From a virus, in IMG/VR virus record IMGVR_UViG_3300020455_000616: a stretch of 64,000 nucleotides of DNA, one strand, 5' to 3'. The translations under genes and the position numbers were made by a program. Below, piece by piece: positions 55,070 through 63,633 of the stretch. The notes beneath the pieces were generated by a model. That model did not search any database, was not told the origin of the DNA, and saw only the letters and a list, made by a program, of their open reading frames with translations. Numbering within the stretch: the first letter of the stretch is position 1; the number at the start of each line of letters is the position of its first letter.

Positions 55070-55557
55070 TATGATCTAGACTTAGAATGAATTTGATCTT
55101 TAATACTATTATAGTCAGAATAGTTACTACCATCACTTGAACTATCATCGTAAAAGACTTCATCATATCCAGTCTTTTCAAGAATCTTATTCTTAATCTC
55201 TAATTGCTTCTTCTCTTTTTGAATCCTTCTGAGGAATGCATAATGAATAATTTGTGTAAAATATGCAAAAGGATTCTGAGATTTCTCAGGATTAAAGTTA
55301 TGTATGTACTGTACGCAATTTTCTATCCCATCAGAGATCATATCATCTTTGAAGATATAGTTAACGAAGTTTGGTTTAAATGATAAATGAGTAGCAATCT
55401 TTAAAAAGCACTCACCAAGATAATTTGTAATCCTAGGTTTATCTTTACCTAATTCTTCTGCTTCAGCAACATCTTTCTTGTATACAATTAAAGCAGCAAG
55501 AAACTCTTTATTGTTTACATAATGAACCGATCTTTTTCTTTTGGATACACCAGCCAT
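55069..55557 (-). CDS. g55: late sigma factor (T4 gp55)
   Basis: HYVNNKEFL, IATHLSFKPNF.NY...MISDGIENC, NPFAYFTQI. Confidence 0.96.
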   Translation of the reverse strand: MAGVSKRKRSVHYVNNKEFLAALIVYKKDVAEAEELGKDKPRITNYLGECFLKIATHLSFKPNFVNYIFKDDMISDGIENCVQYIHNFNPEKSQNPFAYFTQIIHYAFLRRIQKEKKQLEIKNKILEKTGYDEVFYDDSSSDGSNYSDYNSIKDQIHSKSRS

Positions 55558-55581
55558 ACGACTTTCCTTTGTGTTGAATTA

Positions 55582-55610
55582 ATTATAGCACCTCTGCATT
55601 GTTTAAACAA
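55582..55610 (-). promoter_or_regulatory. sigma70-like promoter of g55, TTGTTT-17-TATAAT
   Basis: -10 55582-55587, -35 55605-55610. Confidence 0.6.
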
Positions 55611-55611
55611 C

Positions 55612-55640
55612 TTGACAAGGTAGTCATACCAATGTACAAT
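55612..55640 (+). promoter_or_regulatory. plus-strand (antisense) promoter TTGACA-17-TACAAT
   Basis: -35 55612-55617, -10 55635-55640; no plus-strand gene follows. Confidence 0.6.
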
Positions 55641-55667
55641 AACCTTTGTAGAGGTTCAAGAGAAGTA

Positions 55668-56072
55668 CTAGCTATCCTCAAATAACTTCTCTAATATCTC
55701 CTTAGTATCATTAACATTAGCAATATACCCCATCTTTCTATTGATTTTTTTTCTAGTACCAGTAGGATCTTTAGGGAAGTCCTCAGCAGACTCTCTTATC
55801 CACGCTTGATACATCATAATCATTTCAATATCTTTAGACTCGCTCATAGTCAATACGTTCTCCATATCAATAACAAATATATCATCTTTAGTAGTCTTTA
55901 ACCAAGGTTCTAATTTATATCCTGTTAGACCTCTAGGTCCGTTGATCTGTTGCAATGTAATAGGATTAGTTACAAGTAAGATCGTTTTATTATTCTCAAA
56001 GCATGGGGACACCTTAGTGTATATCTCGTCACCACACTTAAGTTTAATTGTTGCGTAAAAGTCGTCTTCCAT
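55668..56072 (-). CDS. conserved cyanomyovirus hypothetical protein
   Basis: FYATIKLKCGDEI..NPI..LEPWLK; between uvsW and g55. Confidence 0.8.
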   Translation of the reverse strand: MEDDFYATIKLKCGDEIYTKVSPCFENNKTILLVTNPITLQQINGPRGLTGYKLEPWLKTTKDDIFVIDMENVLTMSESKDIEMIMMYQAWIRESAEDFPKDPTGTRKKINRKMGYIANVNDTKEILEKLFEDS

Positions 56073-56078
56073 ATTATC

Positions 56079-57539
56079 CTATTTTAAGTTTACATTTACA
56101 ATCTCATAGTTAAATTTTTCTTCGTTGTAGATTTTTATTCGTTCAATGAGGTGATTTAAGGTGTAGTTTTTCTGAGAGTTATGGGTACAATCATCAGAAA
56201 TGTCATACAGCATTGCTTTGGTTTTATCTTTACTTCTTCTCAAAACCCTTCCAATACTTTGCAAATTACGGATTCTAGATTTACTGGGAGAAGCAAAAAC
56301 CACATTATTCAGGTTTCTAATATTTATACCTGTAGAGAACACGCCATAAGATGCTACAATGATGGCATTGGTTTCTCTTTCTACTATTTCTCTTATGGTT
56401 TCCCGTTCCTCTGTACCTACTCCACCATGAACAAAGAATACTTTTCTATCTGGAACTGTGTTATCATTAATCAATTCATAAAGAGGTAGACCATGAGTTT
56501 CTACTCTTTGGAATAGAACTAAAGTATTACCTTTTAAATCTAATACTAAATTTTTAATGAATTTATTTCTTTGATCATGAGTTATAATATATTGAACTTC
56601 ATCTTCAAATACCTCAAACTTTTTAGGTGGATGTTTTAATACAATACAAGTAATATCTAACTTTGCTAGATGTCCTTTTTGCATCAATTCATCAGTCTTG
56701 GTTACTTTATATGCTGGACCAAACAACCCCTCTAACACCCATTTATGCGTCTGTGTGCCATCTAAAGTACCAGTGAATCCAAATCTATACTTAGCATTGT
56801 CAAGCTTTGTCATTATAGATATAAGAGACTTACTCTTAAAAAGATGTGCTTCATCTCCTATGATTACATCAAAGTCAACAAAGAAGGAACGATCTAATTT
56901 ATAGATAGATTGCCAAGTAGTAATAGTAACTGGAAATTCATTAGTCTTCTCTCTACCAGAATATATACGGTGACAATATGACTCAGCATCCCAACCATAA
57001 TCATCAAAGTCCTTATACATCTGCTCTACTAGAGATGTCGTCGGAACAACTAAGAGAATTTTTCGCTTTGTACTCACATAATACCTTACGACTCCGTAAA
57101 TCATCAACGATTTGCCAGAGGCAGTGGGTGATATCAATAGCCTTCTATTATGTTTTAGAGCATCGCATACTCCCTGAACTTGGTATTCTCTAGGTTTAAT
57201 CTTAGTAATGGAAGCATAGTAATCTTTTAAACCCTCTTCTGAGATCATTTCATTTATCTCAAAAGGTAATCCATAATATTTGTTATCTACAAACTCATAA
57301 GTATATTCCCTTCTCTCACAAAACGAAATTAATTTATCCAAGAGACCAATATAAAGTCTTTTAGATCTTAAATCATATAAGTGTATTTCTCCATTCCAAT
57401 TCCTACCACGATACTGTGGCATAAACTTAGCGTTTGGAACTTCAAAAGTAAAATAATCTCTTAGTTCATAGTCAATATGAGGTTCACATTTTAAAGTAAG
57501 GTGAACTTCATTTAACTTCTGAACAATTACATCAGCCAT
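56079..57539 (-). CDS. uvsW: SF2 helicase UvsW
   Basis: PTASGKS, DEAH, TGT, QSIGRVLR. Confidence 0.96.
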   Translation of the reverse strand: MADVIVQKLNEVHLTLKCEPHIDYELRDYFTFEVPNAKFMPQYRGRNWNGEIHLYDLRSKRLYIGLLDKLISFCERREYTYEFVDNKYYGLPFEINEMISEEGLKDYYASITKIKPREYQVQGVCDALKHNRRLLISPTASGKSLMIYGVVRYYVSTKRKILLVVPTTSLVEQMYKDFDDYGWDAESYCHRIYSGREKTNEFPVTITTWQSIYKLDRSFFVDFDVIIGDEAHLFKSKSLISIMTKLDNAKYRFGFTGTLDGTQTHKWVLEGLFGPAYKVTKTDELMQKGHLAKLDITCIVLKHPPKKFEVFEDEVQYIITHDQRNKFIKNLVLDLKGNTLVLFQRVETHGLPLYELINDNTVPDRKVFFVHGGVGTEERETIREIVERETNAIIVASYGVFSTGINIRNLNNVVFASPSKSRIRNLQSIGRVLRRSKDKTKAMLYDISDDCTHNSQKNYTLNHLIERIKIYNEEKFNYEIVNVNLK

Positions 57540-57969
57540 AACCTGCCTGGAATTTCATAAATTCGACAGCATTCTTAATTTGGTATGTTCTATTTTGAAT
57601 AACCTTAAGTATGCTCTCAATATAGTTCAAGATAGTATCGTAATAATCTATCTTTAAACTAACTGAAGATAAACTTTCATCAGAATCCAAATACTTTTGC
57701 ATCGTATCCTTATCCCTAATTTTTTTAGGAAAAGGATTCTTTACATAAACTTCTGGATCTGCCTTCCCAGAGAAGTATTCATACCTCTCGTGGCGAGTGT
57801 TTTTTCTTTGTTGTTCTGCTTTTTTCTTGAGAAGTACTATGTTATTGTATATCTCAAAATACTTAGCATGTAACTTAGGAATATTTATAGACTCTGTATG
57901 AAGGTTGTCAAGGTCAATTTTGGAGTCTTGCTCCCACATTTTCTGAATCATATCAAGATCAAGAACCAT
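57532..57969 (-). CDS. uvsY: recombination mediator UvsY
   Basis: SKIDLDNLH.ES..IPKLHAKY, NRTYQIKNA.EF.KF. Confidence 0.92.
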   Translation of the reverse strand: MVLDLDMIQKMWEQDSKIDLDNLHTESINIPKLHAKYFEIYNNIVLLKKKAEQQRKNTRHERYEYFSGKADPEVYVKNPFPKKIRDKDTMQKYLDSDESLSSVSLKIDYYDTILNYIESILKVIQNRTYQIKNAVEFMKFQAGYG

Positions 57970-58274
57970 TAACTAATTCCTCCATCCTTCATCCACCTTC
58001 TTATCCATCGTGGTAAGTAGAATATAACAAAAGAAAGACCCCAAAAAGTTGCTAACACTGCTAGGTGAAACAATCTATTGGGGTTTAATATTAACCCAAG
58101 ACTTACAAGTATCATCCAAACATAGTCTAATGTACCGTGGAATCTATACCATACATTAGCACCATACTTAGTAATAAATTTATCTCTTTGTCTTCCGAAC
58201 CACGGTGATACGTGCCTCATCATAACGAATCCTTCATTGAAGAACATGACAAAAAATCCAATCCAAAAAATCAT
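57969..58274 (-). CDS. multi-pass small membrane protein
   Basis: Several hydrophobic Trp/Phe-rich segments. Confidence 0.65.
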   Translation of the reverse strand: MIFWIGFFVMFFNEGFVMMRHVSPWFGRQRDKFITKYGANVWYRFHGTLDYVWMILVSLGLILNPNRLFHLAVLATFWGLSFVIFYLPRWIRRWMKDGGIS

Positions 58275-58831
58275 AAGCGATTACCTACATCATCAGTTAC
58301 ATTATAGATAGCATACTTGAATACTGCCTCTGCAGTAAAGTATTCCGTATCTGGATTTGTAGCATCAAATTGAAGTTCTGTCAACTGAACAGGGAACATG
58401 TCACTAAAAATAACTTGAAATTGTACTCTTTGATTGCTATTCAATGCTTGTAAGGTTCCATCAGAATATACATCCATTGATTTGGATTGTGGTTCATTCT
58501 GCTTATTTGTTCTCTGAAGTTTTTGAATCTCTTTAACAGACTCTGGGAATCCCAAACCACGCATCCAATTTTGGATTTGCATATAGTTTTCCAGATCTTC
58601 ATCAACAATAAACCTTAAAACAAAATCTTCAAAGTACATCTTATCACCAGGAAGATCTATATTCTTAAGGAAGGTTGGTTGTTCTGCTACACCAAGACTT
58701 ACTCCAGGTATATTCACAGAGTTAGAAAAGAATGATACTTGTCTTGCTCTACTTAATGTGAATTTAAAACCAATGGAAGATAGGAAGTTCCTATTCTTAA
58801 GTTGGTTTGTATATAGATTCCTAGAGTCCAT
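58271..58831 (-). CDS. g3: tail tube terminator/tail completion protein (T4 gp3)
   Basis: NFLSSIGFKF, VNIPG, FIVDEDLENY, FSDMFP..L..L.FD; canonical position upstream of uvsY. Confidence 0.85.
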   Translation of the reverse strand: MDSRNLYTNQLKNRNFLSSIGFKFTLSRARQVSFFSNSVNIPGVSLGVAEQPTFLKNIDLPGDKMYFEDFVLRFIVDEDLENYMQIQNWMRGLGFPESVKEIQKLQRTNKQNEPQSKSMDVYSDGTLQALNSNQRVQFQVIFSDMFPVQLTELQFDATNPDTEYFTAEAVFKYAIYNVTDDVGNRL

Positions 58832-59666
58832 CTTCTATATGGGGTGTTAAAAATTTAATAAAGTAGTCTCCAATAAATTTATATCCCGTTTTATAAGGAT
58901 GAAAACTATAAGGATTTACTAAATCATGTTCTTCAGCGTAACCAAAGCATGTACTATATTTATCTAAGAAGTTTGGATCATAATTTTCCCTACCTTCAAT
59001 CTTCCATTTTTCCACCTCTCCACTTAAATGATTTTTACATATCTGATATAATAAATCTCTTTTATCTTTATCACCGTCAATAAAATTGCGTATTTTTGTT
59101 GTATATTTTTTAGAACCAAAAATATCATACCAAAAATTTTTTATCTTTGGATATAGTCTAAAGTATTGATTCCAATGTAATATATCTGATTGTACTTCCC
59201 TAAGTGCTACGTCATCATCATAACAATACCTATAGATTGCTTTAGTCATTTTATCTTTATTAGTATTCCATCTAGTTTGAAAAACATTTTCTTCTTTTAA
59301 AAAGATGTTTTCATACATCTTAGAATCTTTAAAGTACATAAAGTTTCTACGTAATGTAGTGAGACCCCAAAGTACTATAATATGCTCATGATTTTTATAG
59401 TCCTTAGCAAATTTACTACTAAGGAAGTAGTTCTTTGCATAATGGAATTGTTTTTGATTACTAGAACCACTCTCACCGAGGTTTACATGATCTACATCAA
59501 AATGTTCAACAACATATCTTCTCCATCCAAAATCCCATGCATAGTCAGAACTATATCTAATTTTATCATACTCCTTAAGACTCATACCAGGTTCACATCC
59601 TGCACCTTCTCCAAAAGTCCAACTACATCCTAATGTAATAAGTAAAGTTTTCTTTGTAGTAATCAT
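58821..59666 (-). CDS. SGNH/GDSL hydrolase-like protein
   Basis: LITLGCSWTFG block I, NLGESGSSN, C-terminal FHP..TGY. Confidence 0.7.
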   Translation of the reverse strand: MITTKKTLLITLGCSWTFGEGAGCEPGMSLKEYDKIRYSSDYAWDFGWRRYVVEHFDVDHVNLGESGSSNQKQFHYAKNYFLSSKFAKDYKNHEHIIVLWGLTTLRRNFMYFKDSKMYENIFLKEENVFQTRWNTNKDKMTKAIYRYCYDDDVALREVQSDILHWNQYFRLYPKIKNFWYDIFGSKKYTTKIRNFIDGDKDKRDLLYQICKNHLSGEVEKWKIEGRENYDPNFLDKYSTCFGYAEEHDLVNPYSFHPYKTGYKFIGDYFIKFLTPHIEDGL

Positions 59667-60406
59667 GATAGTTTCTCAATAAGGTATTTGGCAATTAATT
59701 TATGTCCTTCTTTCTTAGGTAATAAACCATGTGGATTTATTATTTTATTATCTAATGCATATTCAAAAGGATCTTTTACCCACCCTCCAGTAGAATCACG
59801 ACTATTGACTGCATGATCAATACACAATAAAGATAATAGATCCCTATTCTTTGATCGTAAATCAAAAAAATTACTAGGTGCTATAGTATAATTTTTAGAA
59901 TTAAAACTATCAAACCAATAATTTTTAATACCAATTGCTTTAAAAAAAATATTCCAATGAATAATTTCTGCCTCAAGTTCTTTGGTTGCAATTACATCAC
60001 TATAACACCATTCATTTAACCCATATCCAATTCTATCTTTATTACTTTTAACATCATATTCTTCAGTTAAACTAATATCTTGATAAGTTTTACTATCTTT
60101 GCACCACTTATAATCTCTACGTAATGTAGTAAGACCCCATAAAACAATAGTATCCTTATGTATATTTTTTGAAAATCTTTTAGAGTTAAAATAAGACTTT
60201 GCTAAAGCAAATTGTTTTTGATTACTACTGTTAGATGCAGCAAAATTTATATGACTATCTTGACATCCAAAATGATCACGGACAAGTATTCTCCATGAAT
60301 CATCATAATTGACCTCTGTATTGTCATAGACAATTCTAGGCATGGCAGGTTTATACCATGCCCCAGTTCCTAAAGTCCAATCATCACCAAATGTAATTAA
60401 GAACAC
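59663..60406 (-). CDS. SGNH-fold paralogue lacking catalytic Ser/His
   Basis: LITFGDDWTLG, NFAASNSSN, GLLP..EGH; clear paralogue of the adjacent gene. Confidence 0.65.
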   Translation of the reverse strand: MFLITFGDDWTLGTGAWYKPAMPRIVYDNTEVNYDDSWRILVRDHFGCQDSHINFAASNSSNQKQFALAKSYFNSKRFSKNIHKDTIVLWGLTTLRRDYKWCKDSKTYQDISLTEEYDVKSNKDRIGYGLNEWCYSDVIATKELEAEIIHWNIFFKAIGIKNYWFDSFNSKNYTIAPSNFFDLRSKNRDLLSLLCIDHAVNSRDSTGGWVKDPFEYALDNKIINPHGLLPKKEGHKLIAKYLIEKLS

Positions 60407-61194
60407 TCACCCTCATCGGTATGCTCTTCACTATATTTTCCTGACATTGCACCCATTCCATGATGGTTTGGTGTTTTTGGATCATCAAATAATATCTGGT
60501 TTAGATAAGTATCTGCCCATTGTTCATTAAAACATTTTGAAAGAATTCCACGGGTCTTATCATTCCTCCTTTGTTGTTTACAGTACCAAAGTTGACCATC
60601 AAATCTCTTCATTACAGGAACCCAATTTGCATCATCTGCTTCCTTTGAGTTTTCCATTACCTCATGGCAGAATATATCAAGATAATCTTGTACCAGAGAT
60701 ACAAAACTATCTTCCTCTGTTTTATTTTTAAGACGAACAAATTTACAATATGGTGAGAATATTTCATCACCCCAAACAGGTAATGCTCTTACTTCTTTAA
60801 AAGTATACTTACCACTTAGTTTACTTAGTTTACTTGTGATTGTATCAGACAATCCAGTAACAGGTGATATATCAACAATAGCAGCCCCAACTCCTGCAGG
60901 AGTAGCGACGATATCAGCACCAAAGATTGGTAAATCATATTTGGGATTTGGAAAAAATACTGAATGTAAAATATCTAAATTACCCAATTTAGCAGTTTCT
61001 ATATGAATCTTACGTAAACCAGGACATTTAAAAAATTCGTTATGGATTACTAAGTTTTCATCATCAAAAACTGCATTAACTGTTCCATGCTTATCATGAA
61101 GATGATCAGTTAGTGGTTTTATTTTTGGTAATGCACTAACTGAAACACGTAAATTACTAGCAAGGGTTTGTACTAAAGGATGAAATTTACTCAT
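60397..61194 (-). CDS. pcyA: phycocyanobilin:ferredoxin oxidoreductase
   Basis: HIETAK..LDILHSVFFP...DLPIFGADIV, AAIVDISP, LPVWG.EIFSPYC.F, NDKTR; start moved to MSKFH. Confidence 0.88.
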   Translation of the reverse strand: MSKFHPLVQTLASNLRVSVSALPKIKPLTDHLHDKHGTVNAVFDDENLVIHNEFFKCPGLRKIHIETAKLGNLDILHSVFFPNPKYDLPIFGADIVATPAGVGAAIVDISPVTGLSDTITSKLSKLSGKYTFKEVRALPVWGDEIFSPYCKFVRLKNKTEEDSFVSLVQDYLDIFCHEVMENSKEADDANWVPVMKRFDGQLWYCKQQRRNDKTRGILSKCFNEQWADTYLNQILFDDPKTPNHHGMGAMSGKYSEEHTDEGECS

Positions 61195-61202
61195 AATTTG
61201 TC

Positions 61203-61796
61203 TTAACAATTTTCATTGAGTTCTTCTGCCATACCGCCACCAATGTTTGCACCTTGATTGCCACCAAACATAGCTACCCAACCTGCAGCAACCCAACCTA
61301 TGAATGGAATACCACTCACAGCAGGTGCAGCAGCAGCACCTACACTAGTTCCTACAAGTCTACCTGTTCCTTTTGCAGCACCAACTGCTTCGATACAGGC
61401 AACAGTTTTATCAGATACTTCACCACCACTACTACCTTGTGTCATAGTAGATGGATCTTGCCATGATCTCTTGTTAGAAACAGGTCCGCCCTGATTGGTC
61501 TTACCATCCATTACATACTCCTCAACAATCTGAGTTGTATTGTTTGCTAGTCCTAAGAAACCACCCTTCTTCTTGATGTCCTTAGTGATGTGCATTGTCT
61601 TGGGATCGTTAGCAGTGTAACTGATCTTATATCCTTCCTCATTTGCTGAGACAACATAAGAAGTATAGTCACCCACTGGTGGGTTTATATAAGGTACTTT
61701 ATTAGAATTCCTAGTTGCTAATAATCCTATCATACCAATATGTGATATACCAAAGACTGCTCCTAAACTAATTCCGATCCAACTTTTATAGTCCAT
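61203..61796 (-). CDS. membrane-anchored protein with glycine zipper
   Basis: N-terminal TM; C-terminal GRLVGTSVGAAAAP..GWVAMFGGNQGANIGG. Confidence 0.7.
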   Translation of the reverse strand: MDYKSWIGISLGAVFGISHIGMIGLLATRNSNKVPYINPPVGDYTSYVVSANEEGYKISYTANDPKTMHITKDIKKKGGFLGLANNTTQIVEEYVMDGKTNQGGPVSNKRSWQDPSTMTQGSSGGEVSDKTVACIEAVGAAKGTGRLVGTSVGAAAAPAVSGIPFIGWVAAGWVAMFGGNQGANIGGGMAEELNENC

Positions 61797-61827
61797 AAGT
61801 TTTATTGCTCCGTATTATATATAGGAC

Positions 61828-62706
61828 TTAACCTGCATTTAAGGTATCAAAATTGAGGTTTTTGTACGGATACTGCTCAATTAGTCGTCCATTATACCGA
61901 TTGAACCTCTCTCTACCTGGTAATTTCATATCAAGATCATGGTAAAAATATTGTCTACCAAATCTAGGAACCTTTGTTTTCCATCCAGTAAAGTCTAAAA
62001 CTCCACTCTCACTTGATGTAGGACACTCTTCTAACTTATCTTCTTCACCGTTCCAAGTCCAAGGAACACATGAATCAACAGTTAATAGAATTGCTTTACT
62101 TTTAAAAGCAGTCATTCTTAAAAATCCATCAGCGTAAGCATCAAATGCATCCCAACGCTTATCATGCTTAGAGAATTTTATTCCATTAGTTGCATGAAAA
62201 ATAAGTTCTATACTAAACTCTACAAGATGCCTTTCACAAAAACCTAAACCAATCTCATCTGCTGAACCCCACATATCATTACAAATCATCCCAACAGATT
62301 TATATTTACCATCTAAATTAAAATATTCTAATCCTTTACTCCAGACCTTACCTACACATCTATCTTGAGGAATACAATAAGTCTTATGAGTTACTGCAGA
62401 TAGACCTCCTTCCTTATTATAATGTCTTATCTCATTTCTATTAATATATCCTTTCTCTTCCTTCTCTTTTATAATAGTTCCTAGATGTAGACTTAAACCT
62501 CTAGCATGTAACTCTACTTCTTTTAATGCATCAACTAATTCTTGTTCTCTTCCATTTATATTTTGATACCCAGAAAGCGATCCTTCTGGGGTAAGAAGAT
62601 GGTCAACACCATTCTCTTTTGCCCAGTCAATCGCTTTAAAAAGTTCTATTTTGTTTAATTGTATATTAGATGCTACAGGTATCTGAGCACCAGCAAGTCT
62701 AAGCAC
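61828..62706 (-). CDS. carbon-nitrogen hydrolase (nitrilase superfamily)
   Basis: TPEGSLSGY (Glu), HKTY (Lys), ICNDMW (Cys) triad; GTG start. Confidence 0.85.
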   Translation of the reverse strand: MLRLAGAQIPVASNIQLNKIELFKAIDWAKENGVDHLLTPEGSLSGYQNINGREQELVDALKEVELHARGLSLHLGTIIKEKEEKGYINRNEIRHYNKEGGLSAVTHKTYCIPQDRCVGKVWSKGLEYFNLDGKYKSVGMICNDMWGSADEIGLGFCERHLVEFSIELIFHATNGIKFSKHDKRWDAFDAYADGFLRMTAFKSKAILLTVDSCVPWTWNGEEDKLEECPTSSESGVLDFTGWKTKVPRFGRQYFYHDLDMKLPGRERFNRYNGRLIEQYPYKNLNFDTLNAG

Positions 62707-62715
62707 TCGTATTTT

Positions 62716-62874
62716 TTATTCAGATATAATCTGATTATACCACTCTTCGCTCATTCCGACAATGATGTTATCAGCATCACTTTCAGTTTTTGCGTATTGC
62801 TCGGAGATTAAATGCTCAACCACCCTTTTGTAATCTTTGGCGATCTGATGAGCTTGTTTTGGTGATGGTTTCAT
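62716..62874 (-). CDS. 52 aa hypothetical protein (missed by ORF track)
   Basis: MKPSPKQAHQIAKDYKRVVEHLISEQYAKTESDADNIIVGMSEEWYNQIISE*; late promoter ATAAATA at 62893-62899. Confidence 0.7.
   Translation of the reverse strand: MKPSPKQAHQIAKDYKRVVEHLISEQYAKTESDADNIIVGMSEEWYNQIISE
62734..62762 (-). promoter_or_regulatory. sigma70-like promoter TTGTCG-17-TATAAT upstream of the nitrilase gene
   Basis: -10 62734-62739, -35 62757-62762. Confidence 0.5.
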
Positions 62875-62895
62875 CGTTTCAATCGTTTTGACTAT

Positions 62896-63333
62896 TTATC
62901 TTTGAGTAAAGTCAATACCTTCCATATGGTCATACTCATGTAAAAATATCCTAGCAATGAATCCTTCTAATCTTATCTTATGTAATTTCTTGCCTTCATC
63001 CTCATACTTAACAATAATAGACTCTGGTCTATCAACATCTAAAAATATATCAGGATAGGATAAACATCCTTCTTCTAATTTTACTCGCTTCTTAGATTCT
63101 TTTAATACCTTTGGATTAAAACAGGTAATAGTATCTAGAGACTCCATATCAGAGATCATTACAAATGCTCTTTCCTTTATACCTATTTGGTTTGCTGATA
63201 GTCCCACCCCATTATAGTGGAACATATTTTCATGCAACTGATACGACAACTTAGATCTATCTAAGTTATAACTACACTTATCTATTTTTGTGTGTAAGAG
63301 CGGATCGTCTGATGGTAGTAGATTTTGAATCAT
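62896..63333 (-). CDS. def: peptide deformylase
   Basis: GVGLSANQIG, EGCLS, HEYDH. Confidence 0.95.
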   Translation of the reverse strand: MIQNLLPSDDPLLHTKIDKCSYNLDRSKLSYQLHENMFHYNGVGLSANQIGIKERAFVMISDMESLDTITCFNPKVLKESKKRVKLEEGCLSYPDIFLDVDRPESIIVKYEDEGKKLHKIRLEGFIARIFLHEYDHMEGIDFTQR

Positions 63334-63430
63334 ATTCTATTAATGTTCTGAGGTACATAACCTCTTGCTTTAGGTCTTCATTCTCTTGTTCTAGTTCTTC
63401 AATGTGATCTAGGTAGATAATGACACTCAT
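63278..63430 (-). CDS. 50 aa coiled-coil hypothetical protein (missed by ORF track)
   Basis: MSVIIYLDHIEELEQENEDLKQEVMYLRTLIEYDSKSTTIRRSALTHKNR*; SD GAGGAA; GTAAATA at 63454-63460. Confidence 0.55.
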   Translation of the reverse strand: MSVIIYLDHIEELEQENEDLKQEVMYLRTLIEYDSKSTTIRRSALTHKNR

Positions 63431-63489
63431 GCAAATTCCTCAAGTTGAATAATTATTTACTGATTTAACATTTGCTTAATGTGTAAATT

Positions 63490-63569
63490 GTAAAGATGGG
63501 TTCTTCGCCCCTGGTATAGAACCCATCAAAGATTACTCCAGAGCAGTCATAGGTAGCGATGCCTTGACC
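63490..63569. ncRNA. candidate ~80 nt structured RNA downstream of the g23 terminator
   Basis: 10 bp stem 63495-63504/63518-63527, second hairpin 63546-63568, possible loop pseudoknot; strand ambiguous. Confidence 0.35.
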
Positions 63570-63584
63570 TGTATATTATGACAT

Positions 63585-63611
63585 AAAAAAAGAGACCCGT
63601 AAAGGGTCTCT
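63585..63611 (-). terminator. intrinsic terminator of g23
   Basis: AGAGACCC-TTTAC-GGGTCTCT followed by TTTTTT. Confidence 0.9.
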
Positions 63612-63633
63612 CTTAAGATATGTAATATCTGAA

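Noticed and set aside
204-61494. All plus-strand ORFs in the track (e.g. 10516-10959, 17352-17768, 16686-16976)
   Set aside because: They lie antisense to well-supported genes and have no SD sites, motifs or plausible composition
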